IMG/VR virus record: IMGVR_UViG_3300032050_000179
Location: 1 to 53,816 of that record
Length of the DNA stretch: 53,816 nucleotides
From: a virus
Lineage: Duplodnaviria > Caudoviricetes
Direction: 5' to 3' (one strand)
Shown: piece after piece, positions 45,846-53,816 of the stretch
Numbering within the stretch: position 1 is the first letter of the stretch
Layout of the letters: each line of letters starts with the position of its first letter
The notes under the pieces: model-generated
Database searches by the model: none
What the model was told of the DNA's origin: nothing
What the model saw: only the letters and a program-made list of their open reading frames with translations
Translations under genes and position numbers: made by a program

Positions 45846-46168
45846 CGAATTATAAGATTGTGAAACATGGTCTGATATCTTTTCATCCAATCTTCCGGGA
45901 ATTCTTGTTTTTCCCAGTCTAAGTAATCTTCTCGAAACTTTTTCAAAGTTAAAGAAAAATGTTCGGAATAATTCAGACCATGATTTTCGTAGACTATTGA
46001 AGCCTGAATCCTGAATACTTGATCGGTTCCCGCTATCTTCCAACATAGATAAGATAATCCAGCATATACATCAACACTGTAATTTATTTTCAATTTTCCT
46101 ACCCAACCTTCTACTTCAAGTTCTTCACTCTTTCGGAGTGAAGGCTGTATCGAAAAAACTGTTTCCAT
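45842..46168 (-). CDS. Hypothetical protein
   Basis: 108-aa ORF. Confidence 0.65.
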   Translation of the reverse strand: METVFSIQPSLRKSEELEVEGWVGKLKINYSVDVYAGLSYLCWKIAGTDQVFRIQASIVYENHGLNYSEHFSLTLKKFREDYLDWEKQEFPEDWMKRYQTMFHNLIIR

Positions 46169-46171
46169 AGC

Positions 46172-46402
46172 TTATGCTTGTGAAGGAACTGGACCAGATG
46201 GTGGTAAAAAAGCTCTAATAGCTTTATTAACTAACTCTGCGTCATCTAAAGTAAAGATGCCTTTACCTTGAGCTACTCTAGCAGCATCTACAAGTACTTG
46301 CAACGCTTGCTGTTGATTTAAAGTTTCAGGAATGTTAGTGTTTACTGCTGCTGATGCAGCATTTTCATTCACTTCATTTGCTGTGATTTCTTTTGCTTCC
46401 AT
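46172..46402 (-). CDS. Hypothetical protein
   Basis: 76-aa ORF, A-rich leader. Confidence 0.7.
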   Translation of the reverse strand: MEAKEITANEVNENAASAAVNTNIPETLNQQQALQVLVDAARVAQGKGIFTLDDAELVNKAIRAFLPPSGPVPSQA

Positions 46403-46450
46403 TTGTTTTTTTATTTAATTGAAATTATTTTATCAGTTTTTTTAAAAAGT

Positions 46451-46903
46451 TTAAACTTTTCTTAAAGGTTTTTTCGGATCATGGCCCCATATAAGCAAAG
46501 ACTTGTACCATCTAGTCATTTTTCCATCTCTTTCAAAAGGATTACCAACCATTCGTTTTCTCATGCCTTTCATTCTGGAATTAAATGAAACTTGTTTTCT
46601 GCACCATCTCCACATAGTAGGAGTCCATTTTTCTTCAGCTTCCTTATATGAATTTCCATCTGGAATCATTTTCATTAACATTCTAGCCGATTCTCTGCCA
46701 CTGTCTATTCCAGCTTTATCAGCTTCTCCCTGTTTCATTCCAGCATCTTTCCCTTCCTCAGAATCGTAAAAAGCTTTCAACTCTTTAGTTGTCATGTTTA
46801 TAAGCTTTCGCCAAGATTTCCAGACATTTTCATCTGGAGTATTCTCAACAGACTCTTTTAGAACTTCTTCAGTCAAATTTTTATATTCGGAAAAAGACTT
46901 CAT
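46451..46903 (-). CDS. DUF3140-like protein with MKSFSEY N-terminus
   Basis: INMTTKELKAF, SGRESAR, SLLIWGHDP. Confidence 0.7.
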   Translation of the reverse strand: MKSFSEYKNLTEEVLKESVENTPDENVWKSWRKLINMTTKELKAFYDSEEGKDAGMKQGEADKAGIDSGRESARMLMKMIPDGNSYKEAEEKWTPTMWRWCRKQVSFNSRMKGMRKRMVGNPFERDGKMTRWYKSLLIWGHDPKKPLRKV

Positions 46904-46912
46904 AGGTTAATT

Positions 46913-47068
46913 TTATTTTTTTTCTGATCCTCCGCCGGTGACAGCTTTATGAACTGCTTCGCCAATTTTTTTAGCAGAATCTATTGGAACTTTTCCAGCT
47001 TCAACCATTATAGTAATCATTAAATTCACTAATGCGGACATTATCTTGATATAGCCTTGTCTATTCAT
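46913..47068 (-). CDS. Small hydrophobic protein (51 aa, MNRQGYIKIMSALVNLMITIMVEAG...)
   Basis: Fills gap between genes; AATATATA variant motif upstream at 47081-47088. Confidence 0.55.
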   Translation of the reverse strand: MNRQGYIKIMSALVNLMITIMVEAGKVPIDSAKKIGEAVHKAVTGGGSEKK

Positions 47069-47087
47069 ATGATGTTTTTCTATATAT

Positions 47088-47903
47088 TCAAGCTAAAACA
47101 AAGCCGTCGTTGTAATGAAGCCATGCATACATAGATTCTGGATTAACATCAGCTGGGATAGATTTAAAAATTTCATTTCTCCATTTAGAACCATATTTCT
47201 TAACAAAGCCCTCATTCATATTTACACGAGCCGCGTTTACAAATTGACCCACTTCTAATTTTTCTTCTGTTTTTTCTTTTTCGCGGTAAGATGTGAACGC
47301 CTGATGAAAAACTCCAACTTCATCGCTTATATAAAGTCTCCAATTATTAGTATGTAATTTATGTGGCATATCATAATCTAACCCCCAGCCATAAAAAAAG
47401 ATATTATCTAATAAATCTGGTACAGAATTCCAAGCTTCTGCTTTTATCATAGGACAGATTATTTCACAGAATGACTCTTTCCTGGCTCCTGATTCATTAA
47501 CTTTATTTTGTCTCCAATGAGGCCCTGACAAGTTAACCTGATAAGGATTTATTTGACCACAATCTTCTAGACTTGTCATTTGATTGTATAAGATAGTTGT
47601 CATATCTTTGTCATCTATAAACTTGGCATCATTCACAAAAAGATGATAAGCATTATAAGAATATCCTTTTTGTTTAGCTGTAAAATCTGCATAGTCTTTT
47701 AACAAATTAAACCCTCTAGTCATTCTAATTCCTTCATTGACCCATAATGTCATATACTTAGAAACTTTACTCAAATTAGAACCTGTTTCAATTACGTGTA
47801 AGTCATAATCTACACCTTTGGTTCTTGAAATAATTCCATTGCATAAAGAGTCCGTTAGTTCAGGATTATTATGAGAAACTACTAATATTGCAACTTTATT
47901 CAT
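47088..47903 (-). CDS. GT2-like glycosyltransferase
   Basis: VAILVVSHN, FVNDA, YGWGLDYD. Confidence 0.75.
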   Translation of the reverse strand: MNKVAILVVSHNNPELTDSLCNGIISRTKGVDYDLHVIETGSNLSKVSKYMTLWVNEGIRMTRGFNLLKDYADFTAKQKGYSYNAYHLFVNDAKFIDDKDMTTILYNQMTSLEDCGQINPYQVNLSGPHWRQNKVNESGARKESFCEIICPMIKAEAWNSVPDLLDNIFFYGWGLDYDMPHKLHTNNWRLYISDEVGVFHQAFTSYREKEKTEEKLEVGQFVNAARVNMNEGFVKKYGSKWRNEIFKSIPADVNPESMYAWLHYNDGFVLA

Positions 47904-47906
47904 AAT

Positions 47907-48692
47907 TTAGATTTTTTGTATTATGTTTCTCATCACTTGATGCATATACTCTACATCTCTTTGTATAATATCATCTTGATATTCACCTTTTCTTTTCTGT
48001 TCTGTTAATAGCTCTTCCCATTTAATATCAGTGAGTATAGAATTGCTCATGTTCATTGAATGATTTCTCCAATAGAATTTTGCTCCTGATACTTTTTTGC
48101 CATTCCCTTGTTTATTGCAAAAAACCATAAATAGATCTTCAAAAACTGGTGACCACATATTCTCAAATTCCATTATTCCTGAACTAAAAAAACTTTCTCT
48201 TTCAACAATCATAGAATGAGCTTGAGCAACTGATCTTCTACCAACAGTCTCTCTACTGAATTCTGAAAAAAATGAACAGTCTCCAGATGTTATTGAATCA
48301 GTATCATCTATAACATAAACTTCTGACCATGACGAGTTCAAATTTTCCTTTTCCATTATTTCAATTTGAACTTCCAATTTTTTAGAATCCCAAATATCAT
48401 CATAATGCATGAAAGCTAAATATTTTGTATCACTAGTTTTCCAAGTATCGGTAATCTTTTTCCAAATCCCACCTCTTCTGAAAAAAGACCCTGGTTCAAA
48501 CCATTTTACTTCTACATTTTTAGCTTGCAATAAAGCTTTACATTCATCGGAAACATTATTATCAGATGCTACTGTTAGTATAAAATCTTTGGAAGACTGA
48601 TTCTGTATACTTTCAATGGATTTTTCTAATAATTCTAACACAGGAGTTCCAGGTTGTGAAACTCCTATGGGTATGACTATATGTGTTTTCAT
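47907..48692 (-). CDS. GT2-like glycosyltransferase
   Basis: SIESIQNQS, YLAFMHYDDIW..KLEVQ, FED, YWRNH. Confidence 0.8.
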   Translation of the reverse strand: MKTHIVIPIGVSQPGTPVLELLEKSIESIQNQSSKDFILTVASDNNVSDECKALLQAKNVEVKWFEPGSFFRRGGIWKKITDTWKTSDTKYLAFMHYDDIWDSKKLEVQIEIMEKENLNSSWSEVYVIDDTDSITSGDCSFFSEFSRETVGRRSVAQAHSMIVERESFFSSGIMEFENMWSPVFEDLFMVFCNKQGNGKKVSGAKFYWRNHSMNMSNSILTDIKWEELLTEQKRKGEYQDDIIQRDVEYMHQVMRNIIQKI

Positions 48693-49402
48693 TTCTTTTT
48701 TATTAAAATCACTCCGTGTTTTACTATAGAGTTTTCAAGGTTTGAATCAACTTCTATGATTTCATTATTATCGCCGTAGATAATGACTTCATCTATCATT
48801 TCTTGAAGTTGCAGGTTAACTTCTTCTGATAAAAATGGAGAATGAAATTTTCCTGTACGTTGAAATTTCTTAAATACATTAATAGTAGAACTGCTCCTGT
48901 CTTCATTTATCATTATAGGTTGTCCGTAACAATAACCCGGAGAATTTGTAGGATGTATTTTAGGATCCCAATTTGATGTGTGTGTATCTTCTATGAAAAA
49001 CAATGATTCATTTTTCATTTTAGGAAAAAAGACACCAAATGTCAACTGTTGATGATCCATGCAGTGTCCTCCGTCATCTATAAAAAAATCTAATCCGTCT
49101 ACTTGTTCTGCGGCTATTTTAAGTTCTTCTATATTTGATTGATTGGCTTTAAAGTATGTAACTCTTGAGTTATTCAAATGCGAAAAATCAGTATAATCTA
49201 ACATGTAAATTTTAGCCTTTGTAAAATACTTGCTCCACCCTCTGACAGATTGACCAAAATCTACACCAACTTCCATAAAATTTACTTCTCTATCTCGATA
49301 TTCTTCAAACCAAGATTCATAAATTGGCGTATAATTATGAGCAGCTCCTACCATGTTTCCTTTATCAGAGCGTGATTCATTCATTATTTCATTAAGTTTC
49401 AT
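48689..49402 (-). CDS. Class I SAM-dependent (sugar O-)methyltransferase
   Basis: HNYTPIYE, FMEVGV, FFIDDGGH, FFIED. Confidence 0.8.
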   Translation of the reverse strand: MKLNEIMNESRSDKGNMVGAAHNYTPIYESWFEEYRDREVNFMEVGVDFGQSVRGWSKYFTKAKIYMLDYTDFSHLNNSRVTYFKANQSNIEELKIAAEQVDGLDFFIDDGGHCMDHQQLTFGVFFPKMKNESLFFIEDTHTSNWDPKIHPTNSPGYCYGQPIMINEDRSSSTINVFKKFQRTGKFHSPFLSEEVNLQLQEMIDEVIIYGDNNEIIEVDSNLENSIVKHGVILIKKK

Positions 49403-49403
49403 A

Positions 49404-50645
49404 TTATTCTATTATTTGAAAATGTGGTATAGGAATGATGAATTTTCCATCATAAAATCTTCTAAGTTTTTCTATAATTTCTTGTTTAAAATTCCAAGAA
49501 AGTATAACTATGTAATCGGGTGGATTTATTCTAAGTCTATCTATATGAACTATTGGAATTCCGGTGCCAGGTGAAAATTTTCCTATTTTTTCAGGTGTCT
49601 CATCTGCTATATAATCTATGATAGAACTATCAATTTCAGCTGAATTGAGCAGAGTATTGCCTTTTGCACTTGCTGCAAAACCTGCTATTTTATTCCCATT
49701 TGATTTTAAAGTTCTAACGCTTTCTGAAAACTCAGAAATTACAGAGTTTACAATTGAACTCCATCCCCTGTATCTTTCTGGAGTAGTAAATCCTTTTTCA
49801 ATTTCATCATTTAGGTATTTCTTTACAGAATCTTTAACTTCAATTTCAGAATTTTCATGCGTAATTTTAAGCCTAACTGTTCCACCGTGAATTGAAAATT
49901 TTTGAATATCATAAATTTTCAAACCTGTTTTCTGGCAAAGATAATTTACCGGATGAATTCCTAGATAAGACATGTGTTCAAAATAAACAGTATCAAACTC
50001 ATTCCTTTCTATAAGATCTACTAGATACGGAAATTCTAATACCCAAGTTCCATTATCTTTTAATACATTCTTTATCCCTTTAATAAATCCTTGTATATCA
50101 TCTACATGAGCAAATACATTAGTAGAAGTTATAACATCTGCTTTACCATAAGTTTCTTTGATCTGATTAGAGTTTTCATAGTTCCAGAAAACTGGAATAC
50201 TAGTTATCCCTGCATCTTCTGCAATTTTGCATAAATTAATAGCTGGATCGACATTTAAACTTTTGCAATTAGTCACATCATTAAATTCACGTAATAGAGC
50301 TCCATCATTTCCAGCTATATCTATCACAAATGATTTACCATTCAAAACATTTTCTTCTACTAGCGAAACAGCCATTTTTTTACAATGATCTCTATAACCT
50401 CCATTAATAGAAGATCTATAAGTATAGTATCTAAATAGGACTTCAGGATCTACTACATGCGTCAACTGCGATAATTTGCATGTTCCACAGAATTCAACTT
50501 CCAAAGGATATCTGTGCGCATTCTCCGCGTATCTAGAAGTGTCTTCTAAATTATTAGCTAATGGCATTAATCCTAAATCTAAATAAGTTTCAGTTTCAAC
50601 GTTTCCACAAACTCTACATTCACTTTTTCTGTAAGATTTATTCAT
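49404..50645 (-). CDS. NDP-hexose C-methyltransferase
   Basis: CRVCG Zn site, LDLGLMPLAN, DIAGNDG, NVFAH, FDTVYFEH, IHGG, AASAKGNTLL, LSWNF. Confidence 0.9.
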   Translation of the reverse strand: MNKSYRKSECRVCGNVETETYLDLGLMPLANNLEDTSRYAENAHRYPLEVEFCGTCKLSQLTHVVDPEVLFRYYTYRSSINGGYRDHCKKMAVSLVEENVLNGKSFVIDIAGNDGALLREFNDVTNCKSLNVDPAINLCKIAEDAGITSIPVFWNYENSNQIKETYGKADVITSTNVFAHVDDIQGFIKGIKNVLKDNGTWVLEFPYLVDLIERNEFDTVYFEHMSYLGIHPVNYLCQKTGLKIYDIQKFSIHGGTVRLKITHENSEIEVKDSVKKYLNDEIEKGFTTPERYRGWSSIVNSVISEFSESVRTLKSNGNKIAGFAASAKGNTLLNSAEIDSSIIDYIADETPEKIGKFSPGTGIPIVHIDRLRINPPDYIVILSWNFKQEIIEKLRRFYDGKFIIPIPHFQIIE

Positions 50646-51332
50646 TTATTTGTATTTTGCTTCTACTATTTTAATTTCTTCTTCCATTTTTTCTTTGGAA
50701 ATACTGTTTTGAGATTGTCCTTCCCATATACAAGAAACTGAAGTTATTTCTTTGTCAGTGTTAGGAAGACCGAATTTATCGTAAAGCTGTTTATAATAAT
50801 CACAATCAGTTAACATTAGCAAGCTTTCATCAAATAACGGAGCACCTTCTTTTTTCATAGTCAATAAACTAGGTGAGCCTATTGTATTTCCTCCTAAATA
50901 TATATTTTCACTATATTTCGGTATCAAATGCCAAAAAAATCTATTTTCTTCAGGTGAAAAATGTATAGTAGATGTGACTGACCAGTTTTTATCTCCTAAA
51001 ACATTTAATCTATGTTGCAAACTATAAGAATTAAAGTAATAATCATCTTGTAACATAAAATCTATTATTTCACAATTAGATTTTTCTATACAATTATTCA
51101 AGTTTGCAGAAATAGTTCCAACTTTATTTTTATTACGATAGTACTTTATGTTCAGAAACTTTTCCCATCTTTTTGCCACGTTTTCTATTATATCGTCATT
51201 GGAATGATCAGATATGATAACTTCATCAGGTACTCTAGACTGAAGAAAAATAGAAGATAAATTTTTTTGAAGATAAAAATCTCCAGACCCTTTCATTCCG
51301 TATGTAGGAATGCAGATAGAAACTGTACTCAT
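50646..51332 (-). CDS. GT2 glycosyltransferase
   Basis: VSICIPTY, EVIISD, MLQDD, IGSPS. Confidence 0.85.
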   Translation of the reverse strand: MSTVSICIPTYGMKGSGDFYLQKNLSSIFLQSRVPDEVIISDHSNDDIIENVAKRWEKFLNIKYYRNKNKVGTISANLNNCIEKSNCEIIDFMLQDDYYFNSYSLQHRLNVLGDKNWSVTSTIHFSPEENRFFWHLIPKYSENIYLGGNTIGSPSLLTMKKEGAPLFDESLLMLTDCDYYKQLYDKFGLPNTDKEITSVSCIWEGQSQNSISKEKMEEEIKIVEAKYK

Positions 51333-51778
51333 TATAGTTTGAATTTACTTATGTAATCTGAACAAATTCCTCCAGCATTCTCAATATTCCAATTTTCATC
51401 ATTCTCTGGCAAAACTGCAACAGCACCTTTGCATAAATACTTTCCGGGATATGTCCAAATGAAGCCTAAACTAGTCATGGTAATATCATCAGTTTGATGC
51501 CAAAACCAATGTATTCTGCGCAATCCTCTATTCCAATCTTTTAACAGTTCAACAGCTTCCATATTTTTAGCATGGACCCATAACTGTATATTAGAAAGAT
51601 ATTTTCTATCTACTTCTTCTTGAATTGAATCATGCCCTAAGAAAAGTTTTCCGTTTTCTCCACGAACGTCTATTTCTACATAAAAGCCTTGTATTGTAGC
51701 CTCCTCTATGTACTGTTTTGTGTTTTCTCTAGAAGGGTTAGGGCCTTCTAAATTTCCTCTATGAGATATTAAATACAT
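51332..51778 (-). CDS. GDPD/PI-PLC-like phosphodiesterase
   Basis: ISHRGN, VEIDV, LGHD, LWVHAKN, ICSD. Confidence 0.75.
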   Translation of the reverse strand: MYLISHRGNLEGPNPSRENTKQYIEEATIQGFYVEIDVRGENGKLFLGHDSIQEEVDRKYLSNIQLWVHAKNMEAVELLKDWNRGLRRIHWFWHQTDDITMTSLGFIWTYPGKYLCKGAVAVLPENDENWNIENAGGICSDYISKFKL

Positions 51779-53151
51779 CTTTTAGATATTTCATCATTTA
51801 TGAAAATATTCAAGTCTTCAGGAGTTCCTATTCCCCACATTCTTTTAACGTCAAAAGTTTTAACTTTTTTGCCATCTTTTATAGCTTCATTATAGACTGG
51901 TGCAACATAAAACTCATTATTAACTCTGATATCTTTTTCTATCATACGTTGAGCATATTTAACATAGTCAGCGCCTTTTGACCAATAGTATACTCCTACT
52001 GTAGCAATATCAGATATAGGTTCTTTCTCTGCAACTCTATTGACATATCCGTTTTCATCTAGTCCAGCAAATGACCATTTAGGATGAGTAGATCTAAAAG
52101 ATAGAATTCCACCGTCTATTGAATCAGCTCCCATAGAATACATAAATTCATTAGAATCCCATTCTATATACTGATCAGAATTTGCTATCAATAGAGGATA
52201 CTCATTGTCTATAAATTCTTTAGCTAACAAAGTAGTGCATGCAGCACCTTCGGTGATACCTTCAGTCTGTACAATAGTACAATTTGGCGAAATTAAGTTC
52301 AATAGAGTTTTAAGATGATATTTTTCATAATGTTCTTTTTGAACAATGAAAATATACTCTGCGTCGATATTTAAGTTTTCTATGACTACTTGAATCATAG
52401 GTTTTCCTTTGACATCAATTAAAGGTTTAGGAAAAGTATACCCCGCGTGTGAAAATCTAGATCCAGCTCCAGCCATTGGAATCAAAACTTTCATTTTTCC
52501 TCCTTGCCATTTTGGAAAAATATGTTTCTTTTCTTCATGTTTTTCTATATGTTCTTTGATTTTCTCGTAAGTGACATCAGTACTGTCTATCACTGGACAT
52601 AAAAAAGCTCCGCTTTCTTGAGCAGCTTTTCTACCAATATGCGAATCTTCAATTATGATGGTTTCTCTAGGCGAAACGTTTGCCTTTATCATACATCTCA
52701 GATATATCTCTGGGCTAGGTTTTGGAGATTTGACATCTTGATTAGAATAGAAAAAATCTACGTATTCCATAAATCCTTTTCTAATCAACATCATTTTTAC
52801 AGTATCTCTGATAGAATTAGATGCTACACATATAGTATATCCTTCTTCTTTCAATTTACTTAGTATACCACAAAGCCTTTCATCTCTTTTGTAATTAGAT
52901 ATGATTTTTATAGTAGAGTCTTGTTTTGCTTTCCATACTTGATCATGAAATTCTACTGGCAAACCTTTTCTATCTGATAGCATATTCAATTTTTTAGTAG
53001 TGTTCAAGCCATCATACGTACTAAGATGTTCATCTCTTTGGATGATATATTTTTCATCTATACTTTCTAAAGCTAGATTTAGAGCCTCATAATGAAGTTC
53101 TTTTGCGTCTACAAGAACTCCATCTAGATCAAAAATTACAAGTTTTATCAT
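51769..53151 (-). CDS. HAD phosphatase fused to sugar-nucleotidyltransferase
   Basis: N-term FDLDGVL, KPSPEIY, IEDS; C-term IPMAGAGSRF..PKPLI, VAEK, GIGTPEDL. Confidence 0.88.
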   Translation of the reverse strand: MIKLVIFDLDGVLVDAKELHYEALNLALESIDEKYIIQRDEHLSTYDGLNTTKKLNMLSDRKGLPVEFHDQVWKAKQDSTIKIISNYKRDERLCGILSKLKEEGYTICVASNSIRDTVKMMLIRKGFMEYVDFFYSNQDVKSPKPSPEIYLRCMIKANVSPRETIIIEDSHIGRKAAQESGAFLCPVIDSTDVTYEKIKEHIEKHEEKKHIFPKWQGGKMKVLIPMAGAGSRFSHAGYTFPKPLIDVKGKPMIQVVIENLNIDAEYIFIVQKEHYEKYHLKTLLNLISPNCTIVQTEGITEGAACTTLLAKEFIDNEYPLLIANSDQYIEWDSNEFMYSMGADSIDGGILSFRSTHPKWSFAGLDENGYVNRVAEKEPISDIATVGVYYWSKGADYVKYAQRMIEKDIRVNNEFYVAPVYNEAIKDGKKVKTFDVKRMWGIGTPEDLNIFINDEISKRCI

Positions 53152-53153
53152 TT

Positions 53154-53339
53154 CTAAAAATCATGTTTTTTAATGGGCAGATCAGATCCTTTTTCCACCT
53201 GTTTCAAGTATATGTAATCTTCCAATCCTTCTGATATAAAAAACAGTATACCTCCTGGTATAGCTATAATCAGTACAGGAAAAAGTAAAATAATAGAAAT
53301 TATTTTAATTACCCATTGTAAAATAGTTAACGTTTTCAT
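53154..53339 (-). CDS. Small membrane protein
   Basis: 61 aa with N-terminal hydrophobic segment. Confidence 0.6.
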   Translation of the reverse strand: MKTLTILQWVIKIISIILLFPVLIIAIPGGILFFISEGLEDYIYLKQVEKGSDLPIKKHDF

Positions 53340-53659
53340 AAGTTTTCGTATTTATCACCCTTCGCAGAAGGTGTTTTTATAACAACGATTTCAGTATCTG
53401 AAAGAAATTCGCAAATAGCAATTTCAAAAGGATCAAATATAAATATCTGACCAGGTTGAATCAGTTTACCGTTAGCATTTACCATGCCTTTTATCACATA
53501 ATTCACTTCGGTAGCAATTTTATGATAATGTGGAGCATGATATTCCCCTTTAGTATATTTTTTTATTGCTATTTCAAAATCTTTAGTCCTGAGAATTGAT
53601 GGCTCAAATTCTCCGATAAACCACCCGTCTTTAAATGATGAAATGTTTTCTATTTTCAT
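53336..53659 (-). CDS. Cupin-fold protein
   Basis: GWFIGEFEP, HYHKIATE, VVIKTPS. Confidence 0.8.
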   Translation of the reverse strand: MKIENISSFKDGWFIGEFEPSILRTKDFEIAIKKYTKGEYHAPHYHKIATEVNYVIKGMVNANGKLIQPGQIFIFDPFEIAICEFLSDTEIVVIKTPSAKGDKYENL

Positions 53660-53816
53660 ATTTCTACTAAAATCTTGAAATAACTACCACAGTCTGTTTT
53701 ATTCTTTAGTTTATACTCTAGACTAGATAAACCTTCAGTAAAAATAGAACCATTAAAACTGTCCATCATGTTTCTTAATAAATAGACATTTTTATTATAA
53801 AGTTCTTCTGTTATTA
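53656..53816 (-). CDS. 3' end of a gene entering from outside the window
   Basis: Open frame ...ITEELYNKNVYLL...ILVEI* with ATGA overlap to cupin gene. Confidence 0.55.
   Translation of the reverse strand, partial: ITEELYNKNVYLLRNMMDSFNGSIFTEGLSSLEYKLKNKTDCGSYFKILVEI

Overview
AT-rich, gene-dense fragment of a very large (jumbo/mega) T4-like myophage, standard genetic code, with essentially all genes on the minus strand. Host is probably Bacteroidota (TAnnTTTG-type promoters, A-rich leaders without obvious SD). It contains virion/baseplate genes (1-4.2 kb, 20-44 kb), DNA/RNA repair and auxiliary genes (Fpg/Nei glycosylase, DEDD exonuclease, Pol-beta nucleotidyltransferase, PhoH, HAD, amidoligase, ribosomal protein S1-like, T4 beta-glucosyltransferase-like), a glycan biosynthesis cluster (47-53.8 kb) and an RNA-rich island (8.2-16.7 kb). 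The island holds 23 tRNAs in two operons, six Y-RNA(YrlA/B)-like elements, several anticodon-less tRNA mimics and other structured RNAs. Main observation: each tRNA operon is preceded by a near-identical promoter, a short unannotated leader ORF and a terminator/antiterminator pair. The amino-acid content of each leader matches the set of tRNAs downstream (operon A: S,T,L,Q,H,C,P,R; operon B: F,E,D,A,W,N,I,M,K,G,Y). This suggests multi-amino-acid ribosome-stalling attenuators that switch on phage tRNA arrays when the corresponding host tRNAs fail. All calls were made by eye; no database searches or folding programs were run.
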